Origin: an uncultured Bacillota bacterium
GTDB lineage: Bacteria; Bacillota_I; Bacilli_A; RF39; UBA660
Reading direction: 5' to 3'
Length of the DNA stretch: 64,000 nt
NCBI GenBank assembly: GCA_946407495.1
Contig: CAMJOB010000002.1
Location: 6,075 to 70,074 of the forward strand
The notes beneath the pieces were generated by a model, which was not told the origin of the DNA, did no database searches, and worked only from the letters and a program-made list of their open reading frames with translations. The translations under genes were made by a program, and so were the position numbers. Position 1 is the first letter of the stretch. Every line of letters starts with the position of its first letter. Positions 1-9,740 of this stretch are shown in pieces.

Positions 1-1527
1 TAGATTTAATAAATCTTTCGTAGTATATGCAGTTTCTTTAAATTCAACTTTATCTCCTGCAACCATTTTATCAAATTGTTCTTGAAGTTCTTTTTGTGAT
101 AGAACTCCTAAACTATATAAAGTATAGTCTGGAATAGTATTATCTTTAGATACGATTATAACTAATTCATTATAATCTTTTGGCCATCTACCATCTACTA
201 ATTTATATTGTTGTTTATTTAATTCTTCATTATCAATCATTTCAGTAAATACATCATAGTTAGACATATATCCTGAATAGATACTAGATACTCCTGATGC
301 TCCCATACCTAAAGTATCAAATACAGTGGTTGGATTAACTTGTGTTACTTCATCATTGGAGTTCTTATAAATATTTAGTGTTACATTGTATCCATATTTA
401 ATATCTGATACATAGTTTTTTATTTCTTTGTGATTGTCTAAATACTTTTTAAATGATTTTAAATCATTCTTTTGTGCTGTTTGATTGATTGCTGTGAACA
501 TATCACCAATTACATTTACAGAATGAATTTTATCATCATCATAGTCTTTTTCTTTGTTTGCTCCTACTAATGTTTGAAGCATAGTAGACATATCAATTGA
601 TTCTTTTTCTACAACTAACGGATATGAACTAAGTGTTTCTTCTTCTGTTTTATCAATATAGCATTGAATACCATGAGATAATGACATGATTAATGCAATA
701 CCTATAATTCCTATAGATCCAGCAAAAGCTGTAAGCATAGTTCTACCTTTTTTAGTCATTAAGTTATTCATACTTAAACCAAAAGCTGTTTTAAATGACA
801 TTTTGCTTTTCTTAGTATTTACTTTTGTTTTTTCTTCTTTTTCTTCTCCATCAAATGGTTTAGAGTCAGAAGTTATTTCTCCATCTAATAGAGTAACAAT
901 TCTTGTTGAATATTTATTAGCAATATCAGGATTATGTGTAACCATAATTACTAATCTATCTTTAGCTATTTCTTTTAATAAATCCATTACTTGAAGACTT
1001 GTTTCAGAATCAAGTGCTCCGGTTGGTTCATCTGCAAGCAATATATCTGGATCATTTACTAAGGCTCTTGCGATAGCAACTCTTTGCATTTGACCACCAG
1101 ACATTTGATTAGGTCTTTTATTAATTTGGTCTTCTAATCCTACTTTTTTTAATACTTGAATTGCTTTCTTTCTTCTTTGTTGTTTATTAACTCCAGATAA
1201 TGTTAAAGCTAATTCTACATTTTGTAGAGCTGTTTGATGTGAAATAAGATTATAACTTTGGAATACGAATCCTACTCTATGGTTACGATATGTATCCCAA
1301 TCTCTATCATTATATTTCTTTGTAGAAATACCATTAATAATTAAATCTCCAGAATCATAGTTATCTAATCCACCTATGATATTTAACATAGTTGTTTTAC
1401 CAGAACCACTTTGTCCTAAGATTGATACAAATTCATTTTTTCTAAATTTAATATTAATCTTATTTAGAGCTTTTTGATTTTGATCAGCAACTTTATATAT
1501 CTTTGTGATATTTTTTAACTCTAACAT
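1..1527 (-). CDS. ABC transporter, fused ATP-binding plus FtsX/MacB-type permease protein (C-terminal part runs off the window start)
   Basis: Not in the ORF track. My translation of the minus strand from ATG at 1527 gives MLELKNITKIYK... It shows Walker A GQSGSGKTT, ABC signature MSGGQMQRVAIARAL and Walker B ILLADEPTGALD, then a TM segment MLTAFAGSIGIIGIALIM. The frame stays open to base 1. Confidence 0.85.
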   Translation of the reverse strand, partial: MLELKNITKIYKVADQNQKALNKINIKFRKNEFVSILGQSGSGKTTMLNIIGGLDNYDSGDLIINGISTKKYNDRDWDTYRNHRVGFVFQSYNLISHQTALQNVELALTLSGVNKQQRRKKAIQVLKKVGLEDQINKRPNQMSGGQMQRVAIARALVNDPDILLADEPTGALDSETSLQVMDLLKEIAKDRLVIMVTHNPDIANKYSTRIVTLLDGEITSDSKPFDGEEKEEKTKVNTKKSKMSFKTAFGLSMNNLMTKKGRTMLTAFAGSIGIIGIALIMSLSHGIQCYIDKTEEETLSSYPLVVEKESIDMSTMLQTLVGANKEKDYDDDKIHSVNVIGDMFTAINQTAQKNDLKSFKKYLDNHKEIKNYVSDIKYGYNVTLNIYKNSNDEVTQVNPTTVFDTLGMGASGVSSIYSGYMSNYDVFTEMIDNEELNKQQYKLVDGRWPKDYNELVIIVSKDNTIPDYTLYSLGVLSQKELQEQFDKMVAGDKVEFKETAYTTKDLLNL

Positions 1528-1528
1528 A

Positions 1529-2044
1529 TTAATCCTCTCTTTCTAGATAGTCAGCACCTTTATGAGGTTCCTCTCTTAAAAGATCATTGTAGTCTTGTTG
1601 TCTTAATACTTCGTAGATAGCAATAGCTACACTGTTTGATACATTTAAGGCTCTTACATTATCTGTCATTGGAATACGCATGCAATTATCTAAATCATCT
1701 TTTAATATTTCTTTAGGAATACCAGTAGATTCTTTTCCAAATATTAGATAAATATTATCATTATGCTCATGAGTAAAATCAAAACTTGTATGTGGTTTTC
1801 TACCATATCTAGTAAAGTAATAGTAGTTACCAGGATTCTTTTCTTTAAAGTCTTCCCAAGATTCGTATACTTCATAGTCTAATTTATCTATATAGTTTAC
1901 TCCACTTCTTTTTAAGTGAGCTTCATCTAATCTGAAACCTAATGGTTTTATTAAATGTAATTTGGTATTTGTTGCGACACAAGTACGCATAATGTTTCCT
2001 GTATTTTGAGGAATTTCTGGTTGATATAGTACGATGTTATTCAT
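1529..2044 (-). CDS. trmL: SpoU/TrmL-type tRNA 2'-O-methyltransferase
   Basis: 171 aa. SPOUT-type motifs NTGNIMRTC, LIFGKESTGIP and RIPM..VRALNVSNSVAI. GGAGG RBS upstream of the ATG. Confidence 0.75.
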   Translation of the reverse strand: MNNIVLYQPEIPQNTGNIMRTCVATNTKLHLIKPLGFRLDEAHLKRSGVNYIDKLDYEVYESWEDFKEKNPGNYYYFTRYGRKPHTSFDFTHEHNDNIYLIFGKESTGIPKEILKDDLDNCMRIPMTDNVRALNVSNSVAIAIYEVLRQQDYNDLLREEPHKGADYLERED

Positions 2045-2069
2045 ATTTACCTCCTAAAGAAAAAAGGGA

Positions 2070-2582
2070 TTACTCCCCTACTTTTTTTAATTCAAAGTAT
2101 TGTCTTGTTTTTGAGATTGTTAATTCTTCTTTTTCATTACCTTGAAGAATGTATCTAACTTTACCGTCTTCAAATGCAATAAATGCTGGGTAGTTAGATT
2201 TTAATGATACTTTAAATGGATATTTATTATTAAATGTTTCAGGGAATGATTCTGCTTCCTCTTCTTTAATATTTAAATAAATAATGTCATTTAATTCTTC
2301 ATTATTAATTATCTTTATAAATTTCTTTTCATAGTTACGACAAGTATCTGCACTTGAAGTACATAGATATAATGTCGTAGTTGGATTTTCTTGGATGAAG
2401 TTGTCTAACTCTTGTGTTGTAATTTCTGATAGATATCCACGAATGACTGGAGTTTGTTTTTGATATTCATGATATACGTTATAGCAATTACACATATAAA
2501 TAGTTATACCGGCAATTAGCACGCACATTCCAATTAAAATCATATAGTTTTTAAAATAATTTTTTCCTTCTGTTTTCTTCAT
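2070..2582 (-). CDS. N-terminally membrane-anchored protein, possibly thioredoxin-fold-like (no CXXC)
   Basis: 170 aa. Single TM ILIGMCVLIAGITIYM followed by an alpha/beta-looking domain. Good RBS. No catalytic motif recognised. Confidence 0.35.
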   Translation of the reverse strand: MKKTEGKNYFKNYMILIGMCVLIAGITIYMCNCYNVYHEYQKQTPVIRGYLSEITTQELDNFIQENPTTTLYLCTSSADTCRNYEKKFIKIINNEELNDIIYLNIKEEEAESFPETFNNKYPFKVSLKSNYPAFIAFEDGKVRYILQGNEKEELTISKTRQYFELKKVGE

Positions 2583-2627
2583 AAATATCTCTCCTCATTT
2601 TATATTTTAACATAAAAATATTTCTTT

Positions 2628-4823
2628 TTACACATTATTTAAAAACTCTGTCAATAGATTCTTGATTGTATCTTGGTCCTCATCAAAGAAATTTAATCTT
2701 ACGCTAGCATATTTACGGAATAATTCTACATCTTGTAGTAACTTGTTTTCACTGTTTAGTATGCAAGTGTTTATACCATCAAAATATACTGGGAATAAAT
2801 GATCTTTACTATCTCTTAATTTATATTCATATACTTTAGTAGATATGTTTAAAATATTTCCTTTAATAACCATATTCTCTACTTTACCATATCCTAATAC
2901 TTCAATGTTTGGATATGAGTTAAATGTTTTTACATAATTATTTATAAAATTAATCATTTCTTCTTCAGATAATTCTACTGATAATGTTACTGGTTGAAGA
3001 GTTAACTTATAAATATAATATGCTGTATAAACATTCATTACATTTAGGCCATAGTCTCCAACTAGGTTTTCTTTTTCAGCAAAGTTAAAGTATTCAGATA
3101 CTAAGGCTTTTTTACTATAACCTGCTGTTGGAGTTCTCGTGTTTCTTGGTGGTACATAGTACATTCTTTCATTATCACGATACTCTTTATATAATTCATA
3201 ATCTTGAACATAGATTCTTTTTAAACGGAAACGATTACACATTTCTAATTGGTCTCTAGTATATACACTAGCAGTTAGTGTTGGTTCTAATTTAGTTTTA
3301 GGAACTTCTATATTTACTGGAGATGATTTAAATACTACTATCTTGTTCATTCTAGTTTGAGTTAATTTATCGGTTAGTGCTCTTCTTAAATCATTTAATT
3401 CACTTATTGGAATAAATACTTCAGAGTCTGAATCTACAATTGTAGTTCTACTGACAAATGGTGTATCTCCAAGTTTTTCAACTTGTTCTCTTATACGTTG
3501 TTTACTCATAGGAGCATTTTGACTTGCTTCTACTGAGTGACCTTGTACAGTAAATGTATTAGTATCATCACTCATTGTAATAACTAATGGTTGTCCTATT
3601 TTAGCTTTTACTTGAATAGTAATTGGTATTCTTCTAGTAGGTAGTACTTTTAAACTATTCATTAATTTATAATCTAGAGTTTTACATACAATATCATTTT
3701 CTGTTAAACCAACTCTATTTTCTAAGTAACAAATACCACCTGCTGGAACTGAGTTTGTTAATTGTCCATTTTCAGCATATAGATAGTTACAAATAAATCC
3801 TTTTCCACTACGTAGGAATCTTACACCATCTTGTTGATTTAATTCTTCATTTAATTGAATCTTAATTTTCTTTTGATCCACTTCAAGTACTCTACCTATT
3901 TCTAATCCAATATGATTTGGTGTATCAGTATTCATTAAGTCTTGTGGATTAGTATCGAATAAGTATCCTTCAGTAAATCCTCTATTATAAATTGTCTTTA
4001 ATTGTTTATTTGTTTCTGGAATATTAACATTAGAGCAATAACTATCAATTAAGTTACGATAGAATCTAGTAACAAATCCTACATATTCTGGACTCTTCAT
4101 TCTACCTTCAACTTTAAAACTAGTGATATCACTATCTAGTAATTCTCTAAATCTTGTTGAAGTATTTAATTCTTTAGTACTTAATAAATATTTATCTTGA
4201 GCTAATATTCTGGTGCCTTTTTCTAGTGTATAAGGTAATCTACAGCAGCCTGCACATTCTCCTCTATTACCACTTCTGTCTCCAATCATGGCACTCATTA
4301 AACAGCAACCTGAATAACTTACACAAAGTGCACCATGAATAAATACTTCTTTTTCAATAGGAGTCTTAATGCTTTCAATTTCTTGTAGAGACATTTCTCT
4401 TGAGAATACTACTCTTTTTACTCCTAGTTTGTGATATAGTTCAGCAGTTGCTTCTGAAGAAGTATTTGCTTGAGTTGACGCATGTACTTCTAGTTCTGGA
4501 TATTTTTCACGTACTAAGCACATCATTCCGAAGTCTTGAATTAGTACAGCATCTACTCCTGATTTATATAAGAATTCTATTTGTCCTAGAAAAGCTGGAA
4601 CTTCATTATCTTTAATTAGAGTGTTCATTGTGATATAAATTTTTACACCATAAAGATGACATAACTTAGTAGCAGTTATAATCTCTTCGTTAGTGAAATT
4701 CTTTGCAAATTTACGCGCTCCAAAATTTTTACATCCTACATATACTGCGTCTGCTCCATTAGCAATGGCTTGGTTTAGACTTTCCATATCTCCGGCTGGA
4801 ACTAATAATTCATGTTTTACCAT
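2628..4823 (-). CDS. Peptidase U32 family protein, long form with C-terminal extension
   Basis: 731 aa. N-terminal ELLVPAGD and the U32 Cys signature region EVFIHGALCVSYSGCCLMS. Confidence 0.8.
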   Translation of the reverse strand: MVKHELLVPAGDMESLNQAIANGADAVYVGCKNFGARKFAKNFTNEEIITATKLCHLYGVKIYITMNTLIKDNEVPAFLGQIEFLYKSGVDAVLIQDFGMMCLVREKYPELEVHASTQANTSSEATAELYHKLGVKRVVFSREMSLQEIESIKTPIEKEVFIHGALCVSYSGCCLMSAMIGDRSGNRGECAGCCRLPYTLEKGTRILAQDKYLLSTKELNTSTRFRELLDSDITSFKVEGRMKSPEYVGFVTRFYRNLIDSYCSNVNIPETNKQLKTIYNRGFTEGYLFDTNPQDLMNTDTPNHIGLEIGRVLEVDQKKIKIQLNEELNQQDGVRFLRSGKGFICNYLYAENGQLTNSVPAGGICYLENRVGLTENDIVCKTLDYKLMNSLKVLPTRRIPITIQVKAKIGQPLVITMSDDTNTFTVQGHSVEASQNAPMSKQRIREQVEKLGDTPFVSRTTIVDSDSEVFIPISELNDLRRALTDKLTQTRMNKIVVFKSSPVNIEVPKTKLEPTLTASVYTRDQLEMCNRFRLKRIYVQDYELYKEYRDNERMYYVPPRNTRTPTAGYSKKALVSEYFNFAEKENLVGDYGLNVMNVYTAYYIYKLTLQPVTLSVELSEEEMINFINNYVKTFNSYPNIEVLGYGKVENMVIKGNILNISTKVYEYKLRDSKDHLFPVYFDGINTCILNSENKLLQDVELFRKYASVRLNFFDEDQDTIKNLLTEFLNNV

Positions 4824-4861
4824 TCTTGTTCACCCCAATTTTTCTACTATGATTATAGCAT

Positions 4862-4885
4862 AAAAAAAGAAAGTATAAAACTTTC
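4862..4885 (-). terminator. Rho-independent terminator downstream of rubrerythrin
   Basis: Minus strand reads GAAAGT-TTTAT-ACTTTC followed by a run of 7 T, 4 nt after the stop. Confidence 0.6.
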
Positions 4886-4888
4886 CTT

Positions 4889-5428
4889 TTAATAATTTTC
4901 TGCTTTTACTTCAAAGAAGCTTTGTGGATGTGCACATACTGGGCATACTCCTGGAGCTTTCTTTCCAATTACTACGTGTCCACAGTTGCGGCAAATCCAA
5001 ATTTTTTCATCGTCTTTAGAGAATACTACTTCATCTTCAATATTCTTTAATAGTTTACGATATCTTTCTTCATGATGTTTTTCAATTGCTCCTACCATTC
5101 TGAATTTAGCAGCTAATGCTTTAAATCCTTCTTCTTCAGCAGTCTTAGCAAATTCTTCATACATGTCAGTCCATTCATAGTTTTCACCATCAGCAGCTGC
5201 TTTTAAGTTTTCAACTGTAGAAGGAACTTCTCCACCGTTTAGTTCTTTGAACCACATTTTTGCATGTTCTTTTTCATTATTTGCTGTTTCTTCAAAGATA
5301 GCAGCAATTTGTTCATATCCATCTTTTTTAGCCTTACTTGCGAAGTAAGTATATTTATTTCTTGCTTGAGATTCTCCTGCGAACGCAGTTAATAAGTTTT
5401 GTTCTGTTTTAGATCCTTTTAATTCCAT
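4889..5428 (-). CDS. rbr: Rubrerythrin
   Basis: 179 aa. Di-iron ExxH motifs ([16 protein letters not shown]) plus a C-terminal rubredoxin-like CRNCGH...CPVCAHP. Confidence 0.9.
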   Translation of the reverse strand: MELKGSKTEQNLLTAFAGESQARNKYTYFASKAKKDGYEQIAAIFEETANNEKEHAKMWFKELNGGEVPSTVENLKAAADGENYEWTDMYEEFAKTAEEEGFKALAAKFRMVGAIEKHHEERYRKLLKNIEDEVVFSKDDEKIWICRNCGHVVIGKKAPGVCPVCAHPQSFFEVKAENY

Positions 5429-5541
5429 GTTTATACCTCCTTTGGAATAATTTCAACAACTTTATTATACCAATAATGTACTCTTAAGTCCAACTTTTCA
5501 CAGATAAATTCATGATACATATAATACTTTAGGTGAAGTAT

Positions 5542-5754
5542 ATGAAAATGAAACATCCTTTCTTTTGTAAGTGTGCTTTTTGTAAACAAAAAAGAAGAAG
5601 TAGCATCTTCTATTTATCTAGTATTTTAGTAACTCTAATAATTGTTTTTTATCAACTACTATTACTCGTTTTTATTACAACACGATTAAACGCTATCATT
5701 CTTCTTTTCGAATTCTTGATTACTGGATTCCTCATCTTTTTTGTTCTCTTGTAG
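5542..5754 (+). CDS. Possible small two-TM membrane protein (doubtful)
   Basis: AGGTGA RBS 5 nt before ATG 5542. Cys-rich basic N-terminus then two hydrophobic segments. Its 3' end overlaps the convergent 5686-6555 gene by 69 nt, which weakens the call. Confidence 0.25.
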   Translation: MKMKHPFFCKCAFCKQKRRSSIFYLSSILVTLIIVFYQLLLLVFITTRLNAIILLFEFLITGFLIFFVLL

Positions 5755-6555
5755 AGTTAGTTCTATTGTTTTATCAATATAGTTAACAAGATGTCTAGTA
5801 TTAATCGTATTTACTAAATGATTATCACCATATTTTATTTTATCGGGTATATTTATTAGACTAAAAAATAAATATATTTCTTCCTTATTTAACGGATACT
5901 TAGAATTATATAAATTATATAGAGAACTAAATTCAACTCTTTCATAATCTTTTTTATAAAATTTAATTAAATCAATTACAGGAGTATCCATTCTAGAGTT
6001 ATTCCAACTGATTAGATACTTTTCATCAGATTCAATAATATGGTCTAGAGATAGATTACCATGAACTCTAGCAATACGTTCTTTATTCTTATTATCTATT
6101 TCTTTGTAATACTCTTCTATATAATATCTAGAACTATTAATCATATAGTATATTTTAGATATATTTTCTAGTAATAATAATTCTTCAGGATATAAAAGTT
6201 CATGCTCTTCTAATTCATCTTGAAGTTTGTAATAAAACTGATAAGTTTCATCTAAAATATTTATTGTAGTTTCATATCTTTCTTTTATTAAATCTATATT
6301 TTTATCTTTAAACTCAGTTGTTTTATTATGTAGTATAGCTACTCGATACATTAAGTCTTTTGCTCGTTCATTATTTGTTGTCTCATATTCATTTATATAT
6401 GGATATACTTCTTCATTATTATTTACCTCTATGGGTTTTATATAGTATTCGTAATTACGACTATCTAGAAATGAATAAACTTCTTCAATATTACGTTTCC
6501 TTTTTTTATAAAGTTTATCATCTATTATTTTTACATTTTGTTTATATTGAATCAT
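5686..6555 (-). CDS. CotS/aminoglycoside-phosphotransferase-like (spore-coat kinase-like) protein, degenerate catalytic motif
   Basis: 289 aa. HGNLSLDHII resembles the HGDxxxxN loop of the CotS/APH family. Sits next to a LysM coat-like gene. Confidence 0.4.
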   Translation of the reverse strand: MIQYKQNVKIIDDKLYKKRKRNIEEVYSFLDSRNYEYYIKPIEVNNNEEVYPYINEYETTNNERAKDLMYRVAILHNKTTEFKDKNIDLIKERYETTINILDETYQFYYKLQDELEEHELLYPEELLLLENISKIYYMINSSRYYIEEYYKEIDNKNKERIARVHGNLSLDHIIESDEKYLISWNNSRMDTPVIDLIKFYKKDYERVEFSSLYNLYNSKYPLNKEEIYLFFSLINIPDKIKYGDNHLVNTINTRHLVNYIDKTIELTLQENKKDEESSNQEFEKKNDSV

Positions 6556-7231
6556 TTTTTAATGGGATTATTACTTTTGAGCCTATTCCAATAGAACTTA
6601 AATCATTATAACTTTCTAATTCTTCTTTTGTAATAGAATATTTTTCTAGGATGGATTCAATAGATGTTTCTTCTCTAATAATATAGACACTATAGGTTGA
6701 GAAAGTTTCTTCACTATCTTTGAGCGAAGTAAATAAACTACCTACATTATTATCTTCTTCTACTTCTTCAATTTGTTCTTCAATAGGTTCTGGCATTTGT
6801 TCTTCCTCCATCTTTTCTTCTATTGGATCCCCATCACATTCTCTTAGTTCTTCTACTTCTTTTACTTCTTCTACTTGTGGAATATTTAATTCTTCTTCAT
6901 ACTCCACTACTTCTACTCCTTCTATAGATACATCGATATGACAGTTTAAAATATTATCTTCTTCTATTTCATAATAAAAATCTGCAATATCAATCTTAGA
7001 AGTATTAATATCTAGATTCTCTGTAAGAATTATTTCGGTAGGTAATTCATAATTAAAGTCTTCTTCTAATCTAGATGCTTCTGTAATTTTATAAGTTCCT
7101 TTTACTATTAGATTTCCTTTAATAGTAGAATTATCAATAAAAGCTAATTGTTCATCTAAAGAGATAGATGTTATTTCTCCTATCATTGATGGAAATTCTA
7201 CTTTTCGTTCAAATGAGATTATTTTTTTCAC
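6542..7231 (-). CDS. LysM-domain protein with SPOCS/DUF3794-like N-terminal region and acidic linker
   Basis: 229 aa with a GTG start 6 nt after GGAGGA. C-terminal LysM-like YSVYIIREETSIESILEKYSITKEELESYNDL..GSKVIIP. The middle is E-rich. Confidence 0.55.
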   Translation of the reverse strand: MKKIISFERKVEFPSMIGEITSISLDEQLAFIDNSTIKGNLIVKGTYKITEASRLEEDFNYELPTEIILTENLDINTSKIDIADFYYEIEEDNILNCHIDVSIEGVEVVEYEEELNIPQVEEVKEVEELRECDGDPIEEKMEEEQMPEPIEEQIEEVEEDNNVGSLFTSLKDSEETFSTYSVYIIREETSIESILEKYSITKEELESYNDLSSIGIGSKVIIPLKNDSI

Positions 7232-7272
7232 ATGTATTCCTCCTAGAGAAATGTATGAAAAAAGAAGAATAA

Positions 7273-9591
7273 TTATTCTTTATTCTTCTTTTTATTTTGG
7301 AATATTTCTTTATAAACATCATCATAGTTATTTACAAAGACAAATTTTAAATCTTTCTTTATTGCATCTGGAATATCTTCTAGATCTTTTTTGTTTTCTT
7401 TAGGAATAATAATCTTCTTTACTCCTGCACGATGAGCACCAATTACTTTTTCTTTTAATCCACCTATTGGTAGGATTCTTCCTCTTAAAGTAATCTCTCC
7501 TGTCATAGCAATCTTTTTATCTACCTTTTGATCTGTTAATAACGAGATAAGTGCAGTTGTGATTGTAATACCTGCGCTTGGTCCATCTTTTGGAACTGCT
7601 CCTTCAGGTACATGAATATGAATATTATTTTCTTCCATTAATTTACTATTTATACAGAAATTCTTTGTATTAGAACGAATATAGTCTAGTGCAATTCTAC
7701 ATGATTCTTTCATTACATCTCCAAGAGAACCAGTTAGAATTAATTCACCATTTCCTTTGTAGATGTTTGCTTCTATTTGTAGAATATCTCCACCAAATAC
7801 AGTATAGGCCATTCCATTTACTACACCTGATTCATTATAATCATTTTCAGTTTGTAGATACTTTGGTGAACCTAATAGTTCTTCTACTTTTTTCTTATCA
7901 ATTTGATAGAAACCAGAATCTTTATTTAGTAATATTTCTTTTACTATCTTTCTAAGTAAGCTTGCGATTACTCTTTCTAACTCACGTACTCCAGCTTCTT
8001 TAGTATAACCACGAATTATATGTAATAGACTTTCGTCATCTATTTGTACTTGTAGTGGTGTTAGACCATGAGCTTCTAATTCTTTAGGAACTAAATGTTG
8101 TTTTGCGATATCTAGTTTTTCATATTCTGTATAACTTGATATTTCAATAATCTCTAATCTATCTTTTAATTCATATGGAATTTGTTCAATGTAGTTAGCA
8201 GTTGCGATAAATAGAACTTTTGATAAATCAAATTCTTCTTCAATATAGTGATCTGAGAATTTGTTATTTTGTTCTGGATCTAATACCTCTAATAAACTAC
8301 TTGCAGGATCACCTTTAATATCTTTAGTCATCTTATCGATTTCATCAATAATAAATACTGGATTAGTTGTTCCTGCTTTACGAATACCTTGAATAATTCT
8401 ACCTGGATTAGCTCCAATATAAGTTCTTCTATGACCTACTATTTCAGCTTCATCATTTATTCCACCAACACTAATCTTAGCAGTCTTACGGTGTAAGCTC
8501 TTTGCAATACTTAAGGCAAGAGAAGTTTTACCAACTCCTGGAGGACCAACTAAACATATAATTGGACTTCTAGAGTTATTAGTATTTTGTTTTACTGCAA
8601 GATACTCTAAAATACGTTCTTTTACTTCTTCTAGTGCATAGTGAGATGAATCTAGTATTTGTTTTACTTCAGTTAATGATTCAGTATCCTTAGTATAATT
8701 ATTCCATGGTAGATTAATCATCCAGTCTAGATAATCTCTTATAATACCAATTTCAGGAGAATTACTATTTACTGTTTCATAACGAGCTAATTCTCTTTTA
8801 ATTTTATCTTTTACTGCTTCTGAACATTTAAGTTTAGATAGTTTTTTCTTTAACTTAACAATTTCTTCATCCTTAGAGTTTGCTTCTCCAAGTTCTTTTT
8901 GCATTAATTTAATTTTTTCACGTAAGAAATATTCTTTTTGAGTGTCGCTTAATTCTTTTTCTACTTCACTCTCTATTTTTTGTTCTAATTCAATAAGCTT
9001 TAAGTTTTCATTCATGTCGGCAATTAAACGTTTACTGCGTTCAATTGGATCAATCATTTGAATGTATTTTTTCTTCTTACTATAATCTAGATTTATATAG
9101 CAACTTACTAAATCACATAAATCAGTTAAGTTATCTACCTTGTTTAATTGAGTAAGAATTGCGTTACCCATATAAGGAACATTATTAATATATTTTTCTA
9201 GCGATTTTAATAAAATATTATAGTAATTTTCATCTTCATCAGATGAAGGAATGATTACTTCTTTATAGTTTGCACGGAATACTGTTTCTTCTTGAGTATA
9301 GTTAAATACTTCTACTCTTTCTAGACCTTCTATTACTAATCTTGTTTTTCCATTTGGAACCGTCATTTTTAATTTAAGACGACCTAGAACTCCATATTTA
9401 GGGAAAGAAGTTACATCTATATCATCATCATCCTCTAGGGGATTTACAATTAACATTAAGTTATCATCGATATTATCGACAATGTTTATCATTTGCTTAT
9501 CGAATACATTATCATATTCAATTCGAACCTCGTTATTTGGAAAGATGACCATGTCATTTATTATTAAAACTAATAGCTTTTTTAAATCCAC
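7273..9591 (-). CDS. lon: ATP-dependent Lon protease
   Basis: 772 aa. Walker A GPPGVGKTS, Walker B FIIDEIDK and the proteolytic PKDGPSAG serine motif. Confidence 0.95.
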   Translation of the reverse strand: MDLKKLLVLIINDMVIFPNNEVRIEYDNVFDKQMINIVDNIDDNLMLIVNPLEDDDDIDVTSFPKYGVLGRLKLKMTVPNGKTRLVIEGLERVEVFNYTQEETVFRANYKEVIIPSSDEDENYYNILLKSLEKYINNVPYMGNAILTQLNKVDNLTDLCDLVSCYINLDYSKKKKYIQMIDPIERSKRLIADMNENLKLIELEQKIESEVEKELSDTQKEYFLREKIKLMQKELGEANSKDEEIVKLKKKLSKLKCSEAVKDKIKRELARYETVNSNSPEIGIIRDYLDWMINLPWNNYTKDTESLTEVKQILDSSHYALEEVKERILEYLAVKQNTNNSRSPIICLVGPPGVGKTSLALSIAKSLHRKTAKISVGGINDEAEIVGHRRTYIGANPGRIIQGIRKAGTTNPVFIIDEIDKMTKDIKGDPASSLLEVLDPEQNNKFSDHYIEEEFDLSKVLFIATANYIEQIPYELKDRLEIIEISSYTEYEKLDIAKQHLVPKELEAHGLTPLQVQIDDESLLHIIRGYTKEAGVRELERVIASLLRKIVKEILLNKDSGFYQIDKKKVEELLGSPKYLQTENDYNESGVVNGMAYTVFGGDILQIEANIYKGNGELILTGSLGDVMKESCRIALDYIRSNTKNFCINSKLMEENNIHIHVPEGAVPKDGPSAGITITTALISLLTDQKVDKKIAMTGEITLRGRILPIGGLKEKVIGAHRAGVKKIIIPKENKKDLEDIPDAIKKDLKFVFVNNYDDVYKEIFQNKKKNKE

Positions 9592-9624
9592 GTTTTCACC
9601 TCCAAATTTTAGTTAACGTTTTTT

Positions 9625-9652
9625 ATTATAACGTATTTTTCTTTTTTTTCAA
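9625..9652 (-). promoter_or_regulatory. Candidate sigma-A promoter of lon
   Basis: Minus strand TTGAAA, 16 nt, TATAAT, about 30 nt upstream of the GGAGGTGA RBS. Confidence 0.4.
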
Positions 9653-9740
9653 GGAATTGCACCTATTTTTTAACCTTTTTTTAATAAGAGAAAAAAAGAA
9701 GACCAGAATTAAAGTTTCTCGCCTTCTTTTTACTATTAAA

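Noticed and set aside
5429-5532. Possible PerR/Fur-type operator upstream of rubrerythrin (ATTAT-ACCA-ATAAT overlapping a TATAAT -10).
   Set aside because: It is only a 5-4-5 AT-only inverted repeat and does not match the 7-1-7 PerR/Fur box geometry. Such symmetry is expected by chance in AT-rich promoter DNA.
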